From: Amphiscolops sp. MND2022
Taxonomy: Eukaryota
DNA: 64,000 nucleotides
Reading direction: 5' to 3'
Assembly: GCA_964187785.1 (NCBI GenBank)
Contig: OZ076409.1
Span: forward strand, 17,176,001 to 17,240,000
Shown in pieces: positions 61,610 to 64,000 of this stretch. The notes under the pieces are model-generated. The model did not search any database. It was not told the DNA's origin and saw only the letters and a program-made list of their open reading frames with translations. Both the position numbers and the translations under genes were made by a program. Each line of letters begins with the position of its first letter. The first letter of the stretch is position 1.

Positions 61610-61912
61610 ATGAGATCAGGTTGCAGCAAAATGACAGCCGAAATTGCATCCCCTGAAGAATCAAGTGAGGAGACAGGCGATGACTCATCCGGTGAAGATG
61701 AAGAACAGAACGAGATCCTTTCTGGAGATGAAGTTGTCTATGACGAGGACGACGACGAAGACATGGATGATGATAGTGAAGACGACGACGATGACGACGA
61801 CGAAGATTCTGATGATTCCATGCACGAAGATGACGTCATTGTACCTGCAGCTAATGATCAGGAAGTTAAAGTTGAATTCGAGGCATTTCCACCCTCTGAC
61901 TCTGACTTGGAG
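61610..61912 (+). CDS. BCCIP: First coding exon of a BCCIP/Bcp1-like protein (gene continues beyond the window)
   Basis: Highly acidic N-terminus followed by EVKVEFEAFPPSDSD, recalling the BCCIP EV.(I/V)EFEA....D.D motif; donor AG|GTACGT at 61912. Start could be 61610 or 61631. Confidence 0.68.
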
Positions 61913-62383
61913 GTACGTTAACTTCCAAAACTTAAGTTATGGATATCTGACTGAGAATGTTACTTGTAGAGAGCTCGTGCGAACGTGTACATCATTGGCG
62001 AATGCTTCTGTAGTTTTTGAAACAGCACCTATTTTTGTGGACTTCAAATAACGACTTTTGGTTGTTGGATTTTTTGTTAAAATATAAATGTTTGAAACTT
62101 AGTTTAGTCACATTAGAGAAATTCCTTGAACAAGACGCCCGCTGAGCAGCGAGATAATTTCCACCCCCAAACTGTTCTACAACTAAATAAACTTGAGGCT
62201 CAAGAATAGCCTATGCAATACAAAATCAGGAAGTTCGAAGCAAGGAAAGCTTTGATTCATTTGGTCAAAGAGTACCCCCTTGCTTTGATAGCTGATTTCG
62301 GCTTGAGAAAGTAGTGTTGTGAGCTGAAATCGTTTCACCATCATAGAACTTTACCGGAAAAATCAAAAAATGGATTTTTGTGA

Positions 62384-62541
62384 TTCCTGTTGGGCAAAAA
62401 GTGGTTACCTAATGTCAGGCGTATGTCTTGAGGTATGTTTTGGCACTGAGAAAATGTTAAATTTTCCTGTTGGGCAAAAAGTGGTTACCTAATGTCAGGC
62501 GTATGTCTTGAGGTAAGTTTTGGCACTTAGAAAATGTTAAA
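62384..62541. repeat. Near-perfect 80-bp tandem duplication
   Basis: TTCCTGTTGGGCAAAAAGTGGTTACCTAATGTCAGGCG...GAAAATGTTAAA at 62384 and 62464, 2 mismatches. Confidence 0.9.
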
Positions 62542-62639
62542 AGCTTGAAACTAGGTCCTTTGCAAATGTAGGAAAGTTGAGCGATCCCAGTTTGTTATAA
62601 TATTGCACATAGTTTCACCAGAAGTGTCAAAAGTTGGAA

Positions 62640-64000
62640 ATAGTTTTGACAAGCTTGGGGTCAATTTGAGGAACTTTTCTAACATGAATCTACAGATGTC
62701 TCTTCAAAATTACGCCAACTGGACGCCGAGTTTAGCTGTCGTTGAATGTCTACACCTTTACACCATTCTAACTCACGAAGTAGGTCGAAACATCTTCCTT
62801 TGGAAGGTGTACTCCATATCTAGTGATTTTGCTTGGAGGTTTTTGAATATTAAATATCGGGTAAATGAGGTCGAAATTTACGTTTTCGAGTAAAGTTTTT
62901 GAAAGTTGGGCAAATAAACTTGTCTGATATTTTTTCAGAACACTGCCCGTAGCTACACGTTTCAATCATGAGCCTATGGTGTTTCTGATTGAACTAAATT
63001 TTCGGAAAGGTCCAAAATTGGGACTATGTTGTTGAAAATGAAAGTTCGGAAACTTTGACACCTTTGTTGTAAACTAAATGAACTTCATCCCACTTTTTCC
63101 CCAATTGCGTTTTGGATACCCTATTGTTTTAACTTTCAGGTCATTGGAAATTCTATTCTTCAAAAACTTTTGTGGTTTGAACAGAAATTGTGATTAGTTT
63201 GTCAAACAACGTGCTTTTTTGTTGTTTCATGTATTTTTGGGTGTTTTTAGGCCAATTCCAACAATCATGCAGTTATCTCTTCAAAATTGCCTACTGGAGA
63301 TTCCCGGATGATTAGTCATTGTTGAGTTATTTAAACCATTTTATGCAAGAAAGTAGCTCAAAACTTGTACAAAAAACTGCCTGAAATTGTAGTTTCAGTT
63401 TTTCCAATATTTTGTTCATTCTGAGGAATCTTTCGACCATAAATTAGGCTTTTTTTGAAAAAACGTGCTTCTGACTTAGTTTTGTAATCTGGAGCTTTTT
63501 GAAGCTTTTGTTTCACCGAAACGTTCCAATCTCAAAAAAAATTCCCTGAAAATGTCGGAAATCGATACAAATTTCGATATTTTCGACTTTTTGCGGTCAA
63601 TTTTGAGCCATTCTCCAACCGAAGTCTACAAATATTCCATTGAAAGCCTACTGGATTATCAGTTCAGTCTTTGTTGAATGTTTGCCATTTTTTTTAACTC
63701 CAAAACGATTCAAAAAGAAAACAAGATGCACAAAAACGAAGATGTTGAAATTTTTCGACTCCTTTGGAGTCATTCTGAAGTGTTTTTGAAGCAAAACGCT
63801 GCAACGTTTTCTTCAAAAAAATGTAATGCAAAGCTCGTTCTTTTGTTGTTGAGTTGATTTTGTTGGAACTTAGAACGAACTCTCTGGGAAAAGTACAGCA
63901 ATTGCAGCAAAAACGTCAAAACTTCGAATTTTTTGACAGTTCAGGGTCAATTTGAGGCATTTTTCTTTAGGAAAATGCAATAAACTCTTCGGAAAAGCCT
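62640..64000. repeat. Second degenerate ~178-bp tandem array, same family as 58300-59450
   Basis: Anchors at ~63238, 63413, 63590, 63762, 63941; GAAGTGTTTTTGAAGCAAAAC is shared with 58580. Confidence 0.6.

Overview
Eukaryotic (metazoan, probably invertebrate; species not determinable from sequence alone) genomic scaffold with a 200-N gap at 5391-5590. The first 8.4 kb are retroelements: a decayed Ty3/Gypsy pol, the 5' half of a BEL/Pao LTR element with a tRNA-Trp PBS, and a LINE with an uninterrupted APE-RT ORF. After that all host genes lie on the + strand: UBE2J2-like (5 exons, with a decayed antisense LINE in intron 4), LRRC46-like, three intronless tandem paralogues with matrin/U1-type C2H2 fingers, TRUB2-like, an ATRX/XNP-like helicase with no visible ADD domain, a small orphan exon/ORF, RAD50 (5 exons) and the first exon of a BCCIP-like gene. 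Introns and intergenic DNA hold about 15 copies of a non-autonomous Helentron/HINE-like element (subterminal inverted repeats plus hairpins). Many copies carry different tRNA-like Pol III cassettes in a consistent orientation. There are also three TA-flanked Tc1/pogo-type MITEs, a GG-ended MITE with an 8-bp TSD, and two degenerate ~178-bp tandem arrays. Top leads: the tRNA-carrying HINE family, the fast-evolving zinc-finger cluster, a possible trans-spliced operon-like arrangement, and the ADD-less ATRX with two phase-compatible candidate last exons. Exon boundaries were read by eye from GT/AG sites and reading phase; gene names come from recalled motifs, not database searches.
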